Source: Candidatus Buchananbacteria bacterium (lineage in GTDB: Bacteria; Patescibacteriota; Patescibacteriia; 2-01-FULL-39-33; JBAYJR01). Taken from it: DNA of 64,000 nucleotides. Numbering within the stretch: position 1 is the stretch's first letter; each line of letters begins with the position of its first letter. This document shows positions 30,580-41,900 of the stretch, piece by piece. A model generated the notes under the pieces. It saw only the letters and a list, made by a program, of their open reading frames with translations. It did no database searches and had not been told where the DNA came from. The position numbers were made by a program, and so were the translations under genes. The stretch lies in NCBI GenBank assembly GCA_041665005.1, contig JBAYJR010000008.1:1423-65422 (forward strand). Reading direction: 5' to 3'.

Positions 30580-30600
30580 AAAATAATTTTAAGCTAAAAA

Positions 30601-32502
30601 TTAAAGATTTTTGGCTTCAGCCTGATTAATAGTTGCTTCGGCAAACTCTCTCTTGGCCGCTTCAATTTCTAATATTTGTCGCGGATCCGAGGTAATTAAC
30701 TGATCTTCGGTATAAGAGGCCACTACTTTAATCGCCGCGTGTTTATCACCGGCAAAAAATATTCCTTCACCCGGTGCACTTTCTAATAATAACAACTTTT
30801 CTCCCTGCGTTAGTAAAAAAGTTTTTTGCACCAAATCAATGGCCGCAGTAGATTGTCTAAGCAATAGCCGCAAAGAAGAATTAGTAATTACGGCCTGCCC
30901 CTCAGGTGATAATAAAAAATCATTAACATCCTGTGAAATAGTAGTCACCCCCAAATAGTAATGACGCGCCCGCTTAACTAAAGCATACAAAAATTTTGCA
31001 GAATCTTCATACATCATCAGCCACCAAGCCTCATCAATAATTAAAATACGTTTTTTTAATTCCGAACGAATCACATTCCAAATATAATAAATAATGGTAT
31101 AAATGGCCATGGGCCGTAATTCATCTTCTAAATCACGAATCGAAAAAACTACCAATTGACTACGCATTTCAACATTTGTTGGATGGTTTAATAAGCCAGA
31201 AAAAGTTCCTTCGGTATATTTTTTTAAACGTAAAGCCAAATCGGCTCCACCTTCCATCCCTTCTAAAATTTCTTGCAAATCCTGTAAAATTGGCATTTCC
31301 GGTTTAGTCTGCAAATCTGTTCCGGGGGTGATGTCTTTTTTGGCATAAGCTTCTAAAATCGCCCGATCCATAATTGAGTCTTCTTGGTGCGTAAATTGTC
31401 CCAACATTATTCGCAACAAACCTTTAATAGCAATGGAAGCGCTCAAAATAATATTAGCCGTTGTGCTTTCTTTTTCAACCGACAAGGGCAAATCAAACGG
31501 ATTAATTTTACTTTCCGAATTTAAGGAAACATTAATATAAGTACCGCCCACCGCCTCGCATAAATGCCGATATTCTCTTTCCGGATCAATAATGATTACA
31601 TCAGTGCCTAGCATTAGGCTACGCAAAACTTCTAGTTTAACTGCGTAAGATTTGCCCGCGCCCGAGGTAGCAAACACTACCATATTGGCATTGGGCAAAG
31701 AAAAACGATCAAATAAAATTAAACTATTATTGTGACGATTAATACCATACAAAACCCCATTATCAGAGGTCAGGTCAGCCGAAGCAAACGGAAAAAAAGA
31801 AGCGGCCGGCGAAGTATTCATATTAGCGGTAATTTGCAATTCATCATTTAACAACGGCAAAGTAGAATTAAAACCTTGTTCAGCTTGAAATAAAACTTTC
31901 TTAGAATAAACTTGGCGTGAACCAAAAATCGCTTCCACTCGATCAGTAATTTCCTCTAATTCTTCTTTACTAAAAGCATACAAGGTAACATAAATTGCCA
32001 CTTGAAAAAATCTTTCCACACCTTGAGTTAAATCATCCCGCAATTTTTCCATATCACGCAAGGCCGTTTCTCGCAACGGATCGCGAGGCGCACCTTTTTC
32101 GGCATCCGCTGATAACTGGGCCTCTAAATTACCTACTTTATTACGTAATTGTTTTAAAATAATCGCAGACTCCACTGGATAAAAATACATGGCAATATCC
32201 AAAGTAGAATCTAAGTTGATAATCGCATTAAACCAACCCATGCTAATATAACGCGGGTAAGTAATAACAAAAATTGTCCGTACAAAACGATCGTTTAGCC
32301 GTAAAAAATTAGCCGATACCTCAAATGCGGCCGGCGCAATTAAGTCCCGAATAGAAACTAAACCTTGTCGATAAATCTGTTCCTCTTCTAAGGTTACCTT
32401 GGCTTCTTCTAAGCTTTTGGGCGCTACCGCTTTAGCGCGGTCTAAAAAAGTACCGGCCTGATTATCCGCAATCTGATCTTTTATTTGTTTGGGGTCAAAC
32501 AT
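30601..32502 (-). CDS. VirB4-like T4SS ATPase
   Basis: FATSGAGKS, IDPERE, INPFD, IDEAW, TISQ. Confidence 0.9.
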   Translation of the reverse strand: MFDPKQIKDQIADNQAGTFLDRAKAVAPKSLEEAKVTLEEEQIYRQGLVSIRDLIAPAAFEVSANFLRLNDRFVRTIFVITYPRYISMGWFNAIINLDSTLDIAMYFYPVESAIILKQLRNKVGNLEAQLSADAEKGAPRDPLRETALRDMEKLRDDLTQGVERFFQVAIYVTLYAFSKEELEEITDRVEAIFGSRQVYSKKVLFQAEQGFNSTLPLLNDELQITANMNTSPAASFFPFASADLTSDNGVLYGINRHNNSLILFDRFSLPNANMVVFATSGAGKSYAVKLEVLRSLMLGTDVIIIDPEREYRHLCEAVGGTYINVSLNSESKINPFDLPLSVEKESTTANIILSASIAIKGLLRIMLGQFTHQEDSIMDRAILEAYAKKDITPGTDLQTKPEMPILQDLQEILEGMEGGADLALRLKKYTEGTFSGLLNHPTNVEMRSQLVVFSIRDLEDELRPMAIYTIIYYIWNVIRSELKKRILIIDEAWWLMMYEDSAKFLYALVKRARHYYLGVTTISQDVNDFLLSPEGQAVITNSSLRLLLRQSTAAIDLVQKTFLLTQGEKLLLLESAPGEGIFFAGDKHAAIKVVASYTEDQLITSDPRQILEIEAAKREFAEATINQAEAKNL

Positions 32503-32511
32503 AAAAAATAA

Positions 32512-33216
32512 TTAGTCTACTCGCAATTCTTCGGGATTAGTCATTTTTTGTTTTTCGGCTAAATCCAAATTATAAGTATTATAAAATAATTCAATCAAAC
32601 TAACGGTGTCTAGTTGCGCCGCCCGCAAACCAATACCGGACAGCCCAGCCAAAACTTTTTCAATCCGCCGATCTAATTCGTGATAATAAGTGCGGAAACG
32701 TTGTTCTTCTAGGCGCAAAGCGGCGGTAGTAAAAAACAAAGAAGCAATCCTTTCCCAGAAACCGCGCCGTTTAAGCGCCTTAGAACTATAAGGCACGACC
32801 ACATAAAATCTTTTGGTCATAATTTGCCCCAATTTAATCAATTCCTTAATCGCTTGGCTATAATCAGCAATTTGCAATCTTAACAATTCATTGCTCTGTT
32901 GCCTTTCTTTTTTATTTAAATCAAGCAAATAGGCATCAATATTTAGTTGGCGCGACTGAATAACAATTTCCAAAGGAAAATCCAACATGTTTAAAAAACC
33001 AACATAATTGCCAATAATCGCCTGCTGTTCTTCTTCGGATTTTAAATCAAAATTAAGACTAGAAACCAACAACACGGCCCGCAAAGAGCCGTCCTTTAAA
33101 ATAACCGTATTTTCTTTAATTTCGGCAATTTCAACAAACCGTTGCGTCGTGGGCGTGGCCGCAGTGGCTTTATGAAATTTTAACGGCCGAGGGCCGGTAT
33201 TAATACTTTGCGCCAT
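32512..33216 (-). CDS. TraC/VirB4 N-terminal-like T4SS component
   Basis: SLNFDLKSEEEQ...FLN.L.FP.IVIQSR; between prgI-like and virB4-like genes. Confidence 0.6.
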   Translation of the reverse strand: MAQSINTGPRPLKFHKATAATPTTQRFVEIAEIKENTVILKDGSLRAVLLVSSLNFDLKSEEEQQAIIGNYVGFLNMLDFPLEIVIQSRQLNIDAYLLDLNKKERQQSNELLRLQIADYSQAIKELIKLGQIMTKRFYVVVPYSSKALKRRGFWERIASLFFTTAALRLEEQRFRTYYHELDRRIEKVLAGLSGIGLRAAQLDTVSLIELFYNTYNLDLAEKQKMTNPEELRVD

Positions 33217-33276
33217 AGTTATTCAATTATAGCAAATTTTACCTAATTTTTAAATTTTTACCAACCTAAAACTGAT

Positions 33277-33723
33277 TTATTTTTTAAGTTCCGAATTTTC
33301 CCCCGCATAATAGCCACCGGTATCTACAATTAAAGCCAATTCGGACAAACGAGAAACGCCAATCGCCTTTTTAAACATTGGCTGACTAGGGATTACTGGC
33401 ATTAAAGGTTGTTTTAGATAACTTTTTAGTTCCGCGGTGCTGTATTTTTTTCGCCAAATCCGTAATCGTGGTTTTTTAGAAGTTTCTACAAAATTGATTA
33501 AAAAATAATGAAAGGGTTGACCGTTGATTTTTAAAAACCCTAAAACCAAAACCAACAACCCTAAAACAATCGTCAAAAAAATAAAAAGGCCAATATCAGA
33601 AACTTTATATGCAATAAATTCTAAACCGCCGCCCACCACCAAAATAACAAACTGTCGGGTAGTAATCGGCCCAATAATTTTATCTTCTACTTCTAAAAAT
33701 TGTGGTACGGTAAATGCTTCCAT
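33277..33723 (-). CDS. PrgI-family (VirB3-like) protein
   Basis: VPQFLEVEDKIIGPIT.RQF, two TM helices. Confidence 0.85.
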   Translation of the reverse strand: MEAFTVPQFLEVEDKIIGPITTRQFVILVVGGGLEFIAYKVSDIGLFIFLTIVLGLLVLVLGFLKINGQPFHYFLINFVETSKKPRLRIWRKKYSTAELKSYLKQPLMPVIPSQPMFKKAIGVSRLSELALIVDTGGYYAGENSELKK

Positions 33724-33766
33724 GTTTTTTACTAAATTATTTTACTAATCTGCTAACTCGCTTATC

Positions 33767-35098
33767 CTAATATTTTAGCTGCTTATTTAATTCCGCCAAA
33801 GCCTGAAATTCGGCTAAAGTTAAGGTCGGCTGATTGTTTTGCTGACGAAGGCTAATTGCCTCGCTTAATGCCTGACTAGCTAATAAGGCTTGCTGAATAA
33901 TTTGTAAATATAATTGATTTACCGGACTACTTTGCCAAGCCTTAATCCCTGCCACTTTTTTCGCAATCCCTTCGGTGGATAACAGTTCGATCTTACCACG
34001 AATTTTTTGGCGCGCTTGTTCCGGATCAGGGTTTAACCGCCGAAAATCAATCAAATCAAAGCCGGCTAATTCTTCCACTGGACCTACTAACTTTTTAGCA
34101 TATTTAATATCTTCAATCACCGGTTTTTGTGGCAATAAATCTGCGGACTTTTTAAAACCCGATGGCGCCTGTGGTTGGCCTGGTCTAGGATTAGCGTTAA
34201 CCGTTGCCATTCTTTTGGCCTGCATTAATTGATCGGTTTCGGCTACTTGATCGCTAGTCGCCAAAGTTTCCGAAGACTGCCGTAAACTTTCTAGGCTCCG
34301 ACGTTGACGATCAACAATAGTCAAAAGATTTTCGGCTTGTTCTTTGGTTAAACTTACCCCCCCGGCCGAAGCTTCATGCATTAAAAAGCCTCTAGTTTCT
34401 ACCCAATCACGAACACCGCGTAAATAAGTCATTAAAATATTAACCAACTTTTTTGTTAACTCCGGTGAAGTCAAGGTTAAACCGGCTAACTGAATTAACC
34501 GCTTGGCCTCTTGTTCTAAAATATTTGGTAAATTATCCCGTTGGCGAGCGCTATTCTGATTAGCTAATTTTTTTATTTCTTCCTCATCTTCCGGAAACAA
34601 ATGCCAATTAGAAACCGGCCGATCTAAATTTTCGGCGGATCTAACTATCCCCTGAGGCCGTGTAGGAAAAATTGTCGCCGGTAACTTGACTGGCTTAATT
34701 TCGGTTTTAGCTTCAACGCTAGTTGGCTGAACTATTATTTTGGATGTAATCAAAGGCGCCATTATCGGCTTAGTCGGTGTGGCCGGCGCTTTAACTTCAA
34801 TTTTAGATGCTGTTTTAATATAATTTAAATGCCCCAAAACCGGTTGAAAAATTTTATTTATTAAAATCGTTTTAATCTCTTTGGCTTGCTCAACGGTTAA
34901 GGTAAAATTGGCGGTTAAATAAGTTTCCAATTCTGCTAAAGCCACTTCCTGTTTGGCAATTTTTAAAACCAAATTAAAAGCATTGAGCTGATACTTATCT
35001 TTCAACTCTCTTAAAACCCGTTGGGCCGAAACATTAGCAATGGCTTGCCGCAAATTTGGCGCCAAACTATTAAATTTTGCCAAAACTTCTTCGGACAT
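33767..35098 (-). CDS. Hypothetical protein in T4SS-like operon
   Basis: 443-aa ORF, tightly coupled to neighbours. Confidence 0.75.
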   Translation of the reverse strand: MSEEVLAKFNSLAPNLRQAIANVSAQRVLRELKDKYQLNAFNLVLKIAKQEVALAELETYLTANFTLTVEQAKEIKTILINKIFQPVLGHLNYIKTASKIEVKAPATPTKPIMAPLITSKIIVQPTSVEAKTEIKPVKLPATIFPTRPQGIVRSAENLDRPVSNWHLFPEDEEEIKKLANQNSARQRDNLPNILEQEAKRLIQLAGLTLTSPELTKKLVNILMTYLRGVRDWVETRGFLMHEASAGGVSLTKEQAENLLTIVDRQRRSLESLRQSSETLATSDQVAETDQLMQAKRMATVNANPRPGQPQAPSGFKKSADLLPQKPVIEDIKYAKKLVGPVEELAGFDLIDFRRLNPDPEQARQKIRGKIELLSTEGIAKKVAGIKAWQSSPVNQLYLQIIQQALLASQALSEAISLRQQNNQPTLTLAEFQALAELNKQLKY

Positions 35099-35103
35099 AA
35101 TAA

Positions 35104-35598
35104 TTATTTTTTATCTTCTTCTTCCAAGGTCGCCTGCGCTAAAAAAGCCTTTTCTTCAGCCGAAATATCCGCCGGTAAATTATCTAAATTAAGGTTAGCC
35201 GAGGGTTTAGTTGAGGTTTGAACCGGTTTTACTGCGACTGGCTGATTAATTACGCTTGGCTGATTTGCTACCGCCGGTTTATTTGTTGTCTCTAAAACTG
35301 GTTCTGCTAAATATTCCTGGCGATTGGCCGTAATTTCCGGTAAAATTTCATACCAAACCTTATCATATAGCTCATCTTCAATTTCCAAGGCTGCTTCTTC
35401 CCCTGCTCCCAATTGTTCCACCAAAAAATCCACTACATCTTCCAGGGCTAGTTCCCCGCCTACCACCAACCAATATAAAGCCGACAGTTGTTTGGGTTCA
35501 GCTTTAAAAATTTCATACTTAGCCGGCAAAGAATTCAAAACTTCCTGCACCGCCGGACTTTGATAATAAGTTACTAATTTTTGTTCTTGATCTGCCAT
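35104..35598 (-). CDS. Acidic hypothetical protein in T4SS-like operon
   Basis: 164-aa ORF, tightly coupled. Confidence 0.72.
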   Translation of the reverse strand: MADQEQKLVTYYQSPAVQEVLNSLPAKYEIFKAEPKQLSALYWLVVGGELALEDVVDFLVEQLGAGEEAALEIEDELYDKVWYEILPEITANRQEYLAEPVLETTNKPAVANQPSVINQPVAVKPVQTSTKPSANLNLDNLPADISAEEKAFLAQATLEEEDKK

Positions 35599-35602
35599 AA
35601 AA

Positions 35603-38600
35603 TTACTTATAATATTTAATCAAACCCGAGAGTTCGTTCACGATGTCATCAATTTCTTCCTGACTACCAAACATCTTTTTCTGTTCAACTCCGGCCATAA
35701 AATTCTTCAATTCACTGCTAGCTCGGTCAAGTTTTTGTTTTTGACCAACATCTCCACTCTTTTTACTTACTTTATTTAAAGCTTTAATTCTGTTCTGTAG
35801 ACTATGCACAGTTTTATTTAAAACTTTGACATCTTTATCAAAATTTTTCATATTTAATGGCAAGCTAGACAAGCGACGAATACCCTCGGAAAAGGAAATT
35901 ATACTACGATCCAATTTAGGCAGAAAAGCTTGATTAATTTTGTCCTGCAGAATCGGATGCACCATTTGCCCCGCTACAGCCGCCGCCGTTTTAATCAACT
36001 TGGAATCACGATCTGTAACAGTTTCTCTTCTTTTTTGCTCTTCTTTGCCGGAATAATATTCATCAATCTTTTTTCTAAGGTCACCAAACAACATATAGGC
36101 GGCCCGATCATATTTTAAAACACTCGCCCCCGTATTGGCAATTTTCCTCACACCGCTCTTTTTATTTTCTTCTTCATAACGAATTCGTTCTAATGGCCGA
36201 TTAACCACGGTAAAACTATCGTCTATCGCCTTCTGATTATTTTTAGCTTCTTTAATGGCTTTTTCTTTAGTGTCTTTATTGTCTGAAAGAGTATCCCCTA
36301 AAGCGCTCGCTTGTTTATCAGTGGCCTTGCTAATATTTTCCAAATCCTTATAAACAACACTCTTCTCTTTTAAATAATCAGCAAAAGAATATTTTTCCTT
36401 TCGATCCGGCCTTAAAATATCTGTTTTAGCATCACCCTTAGAACTAGCCACCGACTCCATACTTACTCTTAATTCCTCAGCTAAATTTTTAATTTTTTCG
36501 TTTATCCCATAGGCCTGAATTTCCTCGCCTGGTTTTAATTTATCATAATTAAACTTAGCGGCCTGTTCTTTTAATACTTGCAATTCTTGCAAACGATCAT
36601 CCCAATTAGCCACTTTTAACTCTTTAACAAACATTTCTTCATTTTTTACTACCTCCGCATCCGCCGCAACATAATATTTTTCTTTATTGGCTCTAGTTTT
36701 TAAATCAGTGGACTCAATTTCTTCTCTACGCTTAACAACTTCATCACTCAACTTATTACCCGCTAAATCCTCAGCAGTTGAAATAAATTTAATACCAGTA
36801 TTTGGATCAAATCCCTCGATGTATTTTCTATCGGGGCTATCTAGCAAACCCTTAACATCACCTTTTGGAAGATTCATTGCTTCATAATCTATATTACTAC
36901 CACTATAGGCAACGGTAGCCATGTTAATTACCTTGTTCAAATCATCAATGGTATTTTTATTATTCAAATCAAAGCCTTCCTTGGCGAATAACTCCGGTTT
37001 AGCCAGCATATTTTTGACTGCCTCCATAATTTGCCGGCGACCAGCCGCACCTGCAAAACCCAAATTACCACCAGCTTTAATATAATCCGCAATACCCATA
37101 ATCTGTTGCGAAACATTAGCCCCCTTCATGCCCAAACTACTATTAGTAATCACAATATTAGACAAATCTTTTTCGGACATATTAGCCACTGTATTACGAA
37201 CAGAGTTTGCTCCAACTTCAGTGCCTACCAATTGTCCGTCCTCATTTTTGTAACCAGATACTCCCACTAAACCAGCATTTTTCCTGGTCGCCAATCTTTC
37301 CATATCATAAGCAAAGGTTTTAAAATCCGCTTCTGGAATATTAAATTGCTTTTGATATTTTTGTAAGCTTTCTCCTAATTCAGAGTCCCCTGCTTCGGCT
37401 AAAGAGGTAATTAAAGCCCGAGCCGTGCCAACATCTTTATTCTTTTTCAAAATTTCATGAGCGGCATTGGTGTTGGTAAAATCAAAACCGGATTTTTGTA
37501 AGCTATCGCGAGCCGCCATCTGTTCCTCTTGTCTAAATTTCTCAATGGCATCCGCTTTACCACCAAACTTTTGATTCATCTGAGCTTGAATTAACCGATT
37601 ATCGCGTTCAGTTTTCTTTTCATTAAAGCCCAACACCCCGCCAATTCGCGAATTAGCAAAACGATTATAAGAAGCCCGCGCCGCCGCCGGCACCCGAGTT
37701 TTTTCACCAAAATTTTTGGCAATTTTGGTACCTTTCTTTTGAATTTCCCCCATAGCTTTATTAGCTAATTGAGAACCAACTGTGCCAGCCTTACCAGCAG
37801 CAATTAAGGCGGCAATTAATAAACCAATAGTTAAAATTGAGACAAATATTTGCTCGGTTGAGGTGTTCAAAAAATCCCCCACACCTTCTCCTGTGCCCGA
37901 AACTATACCACCTACCACCTTAAACTTACTACTAATCTCGTCTTTTAAACTACCGGCCGTCACTGATCCCGTACTATCGGTTCCTGATGGACCAATCATA
38001 GCATTCAAAAAATTCATAGAGATAAACAAAAACAGGGCGATGGCTGGGCCAACCACTAAATATTTTGTGAAAGTTGACCACCACTGCCCTGAATAAGTTT
38101 GCAACGCCGGAAAAGCCGAGGCAAAATAAGCAAAAGGTGATAAAACAATTAAAAACCAAAAAGCGATTATTCTGGCTAAAAGTATAATAAAGAATATTAA
38201 GATAACTACACAAGCAATAACCGAGAATATGGCGGCAGTGGCGGCCTTAATAAAATCCTCAACACCATTGCCTAAAGCCACATTAGCTATGGCCATATAT
38301 CCTACATTAAAAAAAGCAAGAACGCCCACCTTTATTGCAATCGTATTGGTTAGTTGTTGTGCGTTACCAAGCAAAGTTAACATCACTACTTGTGAAGCAT
38401 CAATTAATAACCCCGTGAACATCTTAGAAAAATTTATCAAGATAGCCATTAACAAAACTTTGCCTAGCAACCTTTTGTAATTATAAGTTTCTACCCTTAA
38501 AATGGTGGCCACCGCAATCACTAATAAAAACACAATAAAAAAATTATTACACAAATCTCTAATAAAAACCCAACTTTGAACCACACCATCGGCATTAATA

Positions 38601-38896
38601 AAATTACTATATTCAGCCACAATGCGTAATAAAAATAAGAAAAAAGTCATCAATGTAGCAAACAGAACTCCTGTAGCTGCTAATATCTCCGTATAAGGAA
38701 ATAATACAGCCCCAAGTGCAACCTTTGTTATTCCAGCGGCAATCTGGCTACCTGTACCGGCTTCCTGTGTAGCTGGTGTTGTCCCAGCAGTCTGTGCCGA
38801 CGCTCCGGCCATTGGCAAAACTAGACAACTTAAAACCACCGCTCCCGCCACAAACGTTAAAACTTTCTTTTGATTATTTTTTAACCAGTGCTTCAT
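35603..38896 (-). CDS. VirB6/TrbL-like polytopic membrane protein with large C-terminal extension
   Basis: W..IRDLCN, LINFS, LIVLSPFA..., WW..F motifs; about 700-aa hydrophilic tail. Confidence 0.75.
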   Translation of the reverse strand: MKHWLKNNQKKVLTFVAGAVVLSCLVLPMAGASAQTAGTTPATQEAGTGSQIAAGITKVALGAVLFPYTEILAATGVLFATLMTFFLFLLRIVAEYSNFINADGVVQSWVFIRDLCNNFFIVFLLVIAVATILRVETYNYKRLLGKVLLMAILINFSKMFTGLLIDASQVVMLTLLGNAQQLTNTIAIKVGVLAFFNVGYMAIANVALGNGVEDFIKAATAAIFSVIACVVILIFFIILLARIIAFWFLIVLSPFAYFASAFPALQTYSGQWWSTFTKYLVVGPAIALFLFISMNFLNAMIGPSGTDSTGSVTAGSLKDEISSKFKVVGGIVSGTGEGVGDFLNTSTEQIFVSILTIGLLIAALIAAGKAGTVGSQLANKAMGEIQKKGTKIAKNFGEKTRVPAAARASYNRFANSRIGGVLGFNEKKTERDNRLIQAQMNQKFGGKADAIEKFRQEEQMAARDSLQKSGFDFTNTNAAHEILKKNKDVGTARALITSLAEAGDSELGESLQKYQKQFNIPEADFKTFAYDMERLATRKNAGLVGVSGYKNEDGQLVGTEVGANSVRNTVANMSEKDLSNIVITNSSLGMKGANVSQQIMGIADYIKAGGNLGFAGAAGRRQIMEAVKNMLAKPELFAKEGFDLNNKNTIDDLNKVINMATVAYSGSNIDYEAMNLPKGDVKGLLDSPDRKYIEGFDPNTGIKFISTAEDLAGNKLSDEVVKRREEIESTDLKTRANKEKYYVAADAEVVKNEEMFVKELKVANWDDRLQELQVLKEQAAKFNYDKLKPGEEIQAYGINEKIKNLAEELRVSMESVASSKGDAKTDILRPDRKEKYSFADYLKEKSVVYKDLENISKATDKQASALGDTLSDNKDTKEKAIKEAKNNQKAIDDSFTVVNRPLERIRYEEENKKSGVRKIANTGASVLKYDRAAYMLFGDLRKKIDEYYSGKEEQKRRETVTDRDSKLIKTAAAVAGQMVHPILQDKINQAFLPKLDRSIISFSEGIRRLSSLPLNMKNFDKDVKVLNKTVHSLQNRIKALNKVSKKSGDVGQKQKLDRASSELKNFMAGVEQKKMFGSQEEIDDIVNELSGLIKYYK

Positions 38897-38906
38897 AAAA
38901 ATTTAA

Positions 38907-41900
38907 TTATTGACTAACCTTAACCGTGGGCCCTTTTTGCCAGGCATTAGTATCAGTACTGCAAGCATTTTGATAATAACCCCAAGCCGAGGTGCCAAAA
39001 GGAGCCAAAACTGCCGAACCAAGATTTAAATTACCGTTGCACCAGCCCCAATTATCTTTTACCTGAATAGCAATTGGCGCTGAACAAGTAGTACCGGAAC
39101 AAACGCCCGTGCCCAGGCTAACATTCTTTTTCATAGAATAATAATCATAGGTGTGATACAACACCACCGGCGTAGAGGAGCTAGAAGAATCGCGTAACGA
39201 CACACCGGAAACTGCTGTTTCGGTGCCATCGCCCCAATTAACTTTATAAGCAGTTAACGGCCATTGGTTGGCATCAATTGTAATATTAAATTCCAAACCC
39301 GCCGTTTGGGTGCCAACCCCCAAACTAACCACATCAGAAGTCTGCACGCCATTAACTTTTATCTTAGTCACCCGCGGCGCTAAGGCACAGTAATCGGCAT
39401 CTGGATCAGTCGCATCATAAGGTGGCCGAGTTAAATTTCGTTGATGAGTATCGGCACAAAGATTACCTTCATCAGGAACACTCCATAATTTTTTGTTGCT
39501 AATTTCATACTTTTTATCAGTCCAATTCCAACTCCATTCCGCATAAGCTTGGGCAAATAATCTTTTTAAAGAAATGGTAGCCGAATCAATAGTGGCGTAA
39601 GAGCCTTCAACAAAATTACTGGGATCAACGTTATATCCATTAATTGACCAATTACCCGCACGGTCAAAACCAACATTACCACAACCGCCATACTCGTTAT
39701 CGCAAGAATAAAATTCCCCCGCATGAGCCTTGCCACTATAAGTACTACTAGGATCGCCAGCGATATCTACCGGCAATAAAGACCAATCAGTCGGATTATA
39801 ATCCGGGCTAGGCGCTAAAATGCTGGCAAAAGGCGCATAATCATCGTTTTGCGAAAAATTCTGCACCGCGGTTTTATAACCACTGCCACTCGACACCCGT
39901 CCCAACCAGGCCTTGTTTTGACCATTAGGAGTTACCGTTTGAATAATATCCGTACAAAAACTAGCGGCCGTAACTGGCGGATCAGAAATAGTTTTGCTAT
40001 TAGTCTGACAACAATTATAACCAGACGCTTCCGTGCATTTTAGAGCTCTAACACATTCTCCGGAACCAGCCACAGTTAATAACTGTGAGCGATAAAATAA
40101 AATTTTACCAGTTAAGACCACCTCCGTCCCAGCTGCACAAGTAGCTGAAGTAAGATCAACATTATAAACATGGTTAGCATCTCCATCGCACAGAACATGT
40201 TGACCAGAACGGAAAGGTAAAGAACCGCTAGTTGCATCCTTGCTGATTACCGAATACCCATAATATTTCTGACCATTATTATCTGTATAAACTTCATCTT
40301 GATTATTATAAACAAAAGCCAAGCAAACATCAGAATCAGTGCTAATCTTTTGCACATCGGAGGCGTAACCAAAATAAGGCTCATAACCATCAACTGACAA
40401 ATAATAATATTTTGTAGCATCACTATTATCATAAGCTTGATACCAAGCAGTGGTGCCATATTTACTAGCCACTCCACTACAATTATTAGGATTATCGCCA
40501 CCTTCGTTCCAAGAAGCGGTAGCAATTATTCCTTCAAAACGTTTTTGCAAAAGTGTACCGGCCGCGCAGTAATACAACGGCGAACGACCGGAGTAACCAC
40601 CGTAGCTACCAGTTAACTCCCCTTTAGGCAAGTCAATTGGCCACCACTGTAAACAAATTTTGGTATTTTTACTGTCATATTGCAAGCAATAACCTTTTTG
40701 TCCGCGATAAGTAACATTAGTAGCAGTATTGGTATAATCACAACTTAAAGCTGAATCTTCAGGGTATAACCGACAATCGGTGGCCAAGATAGATTTACCA
40801 TTTATCTTTAAGGCGGGCTTCAAACGTAAATTAGCAAAATAACTTGAACCAGAACCCTCAGCAACCACCCCGGTGCTAACCGCGGGGTTAAAATTAGAAA
40901 GTTCTAGTCTTAATTGAGTGGTATTAGCAGAAGTTTTAATTCTAACGGTAAATGGCGTCCAGTCTTTTCTGGCCATCAAATAATAAACACTGTAAGCGCC
41001 ACGACTATTCATTCCAAAAGTATTAGTCGCACCATCATTAAATGTTTGGTCCAACAACCAAACCTGTTCACTGCTTGGTGAAATCCGCGGATTAGTGGTG
41101 GCGTCTTGATTTAAATAAACCTTAGTACCATTATTCTTTAATTCCCACACCTGAACCACCGCTTGAGCTGTGGCGGGATTTAAATTTAAAGTATTAATAT
41201 AACCAGACACCACGTATTCGCTGTCAGGAAACACGTCAATTAATTCTGACTCTACAATTACCGCTTCACCCTTTTCATAATCACCATAATTAACCTTTAG
41301 TACCGGCTTATTATTGGGTGAGGTAATGCCTTCGGTAATTAAATCTGAAGGATTGGTGATGGCCTTAAAATATTTAGTATTCCAAGAACCCAGCGTGCTG
41401 GCATTACACCAATTTTGTTTATACTCTTTGGGGGCTATATGATCATCGCAAACCCAAGAGTCGTAACAAATCTGACTAGCTTTATTAGAACAAGTATCAG
41501 AACTTAACGGCAACCAACCACGAGGCTGACCGTCGTCTTGCAGGTCCGTAAAATCACCATTTGGCACTTCGGTACTTTCACCTACTTGAGTCATTTGCGC
41601 AAACGGGAAATCGCCCGTAAATTTAGATTGATAACCAACCTTGGTATAGCCACTTAGATTGGCCACTAAACCCGGCTGGGTAGGATTATAATTTAATTCA
41701 GCCACTTCTTGATTTAAAACTTGCGAACAATTACCTTTTTCGTCCACCGCTTTGCATAAGCCCAAATCTAAACAAACATCTTTGTTGCGATTGGCCGTGC
41801 CAATATTACTGGTGCCATCGTTACTGGCAATGGAAGTTTTACAATATAACCAAGTATTACACACCCGATCCGGTGTAACTTTTAAAATAGTATTGCTATC

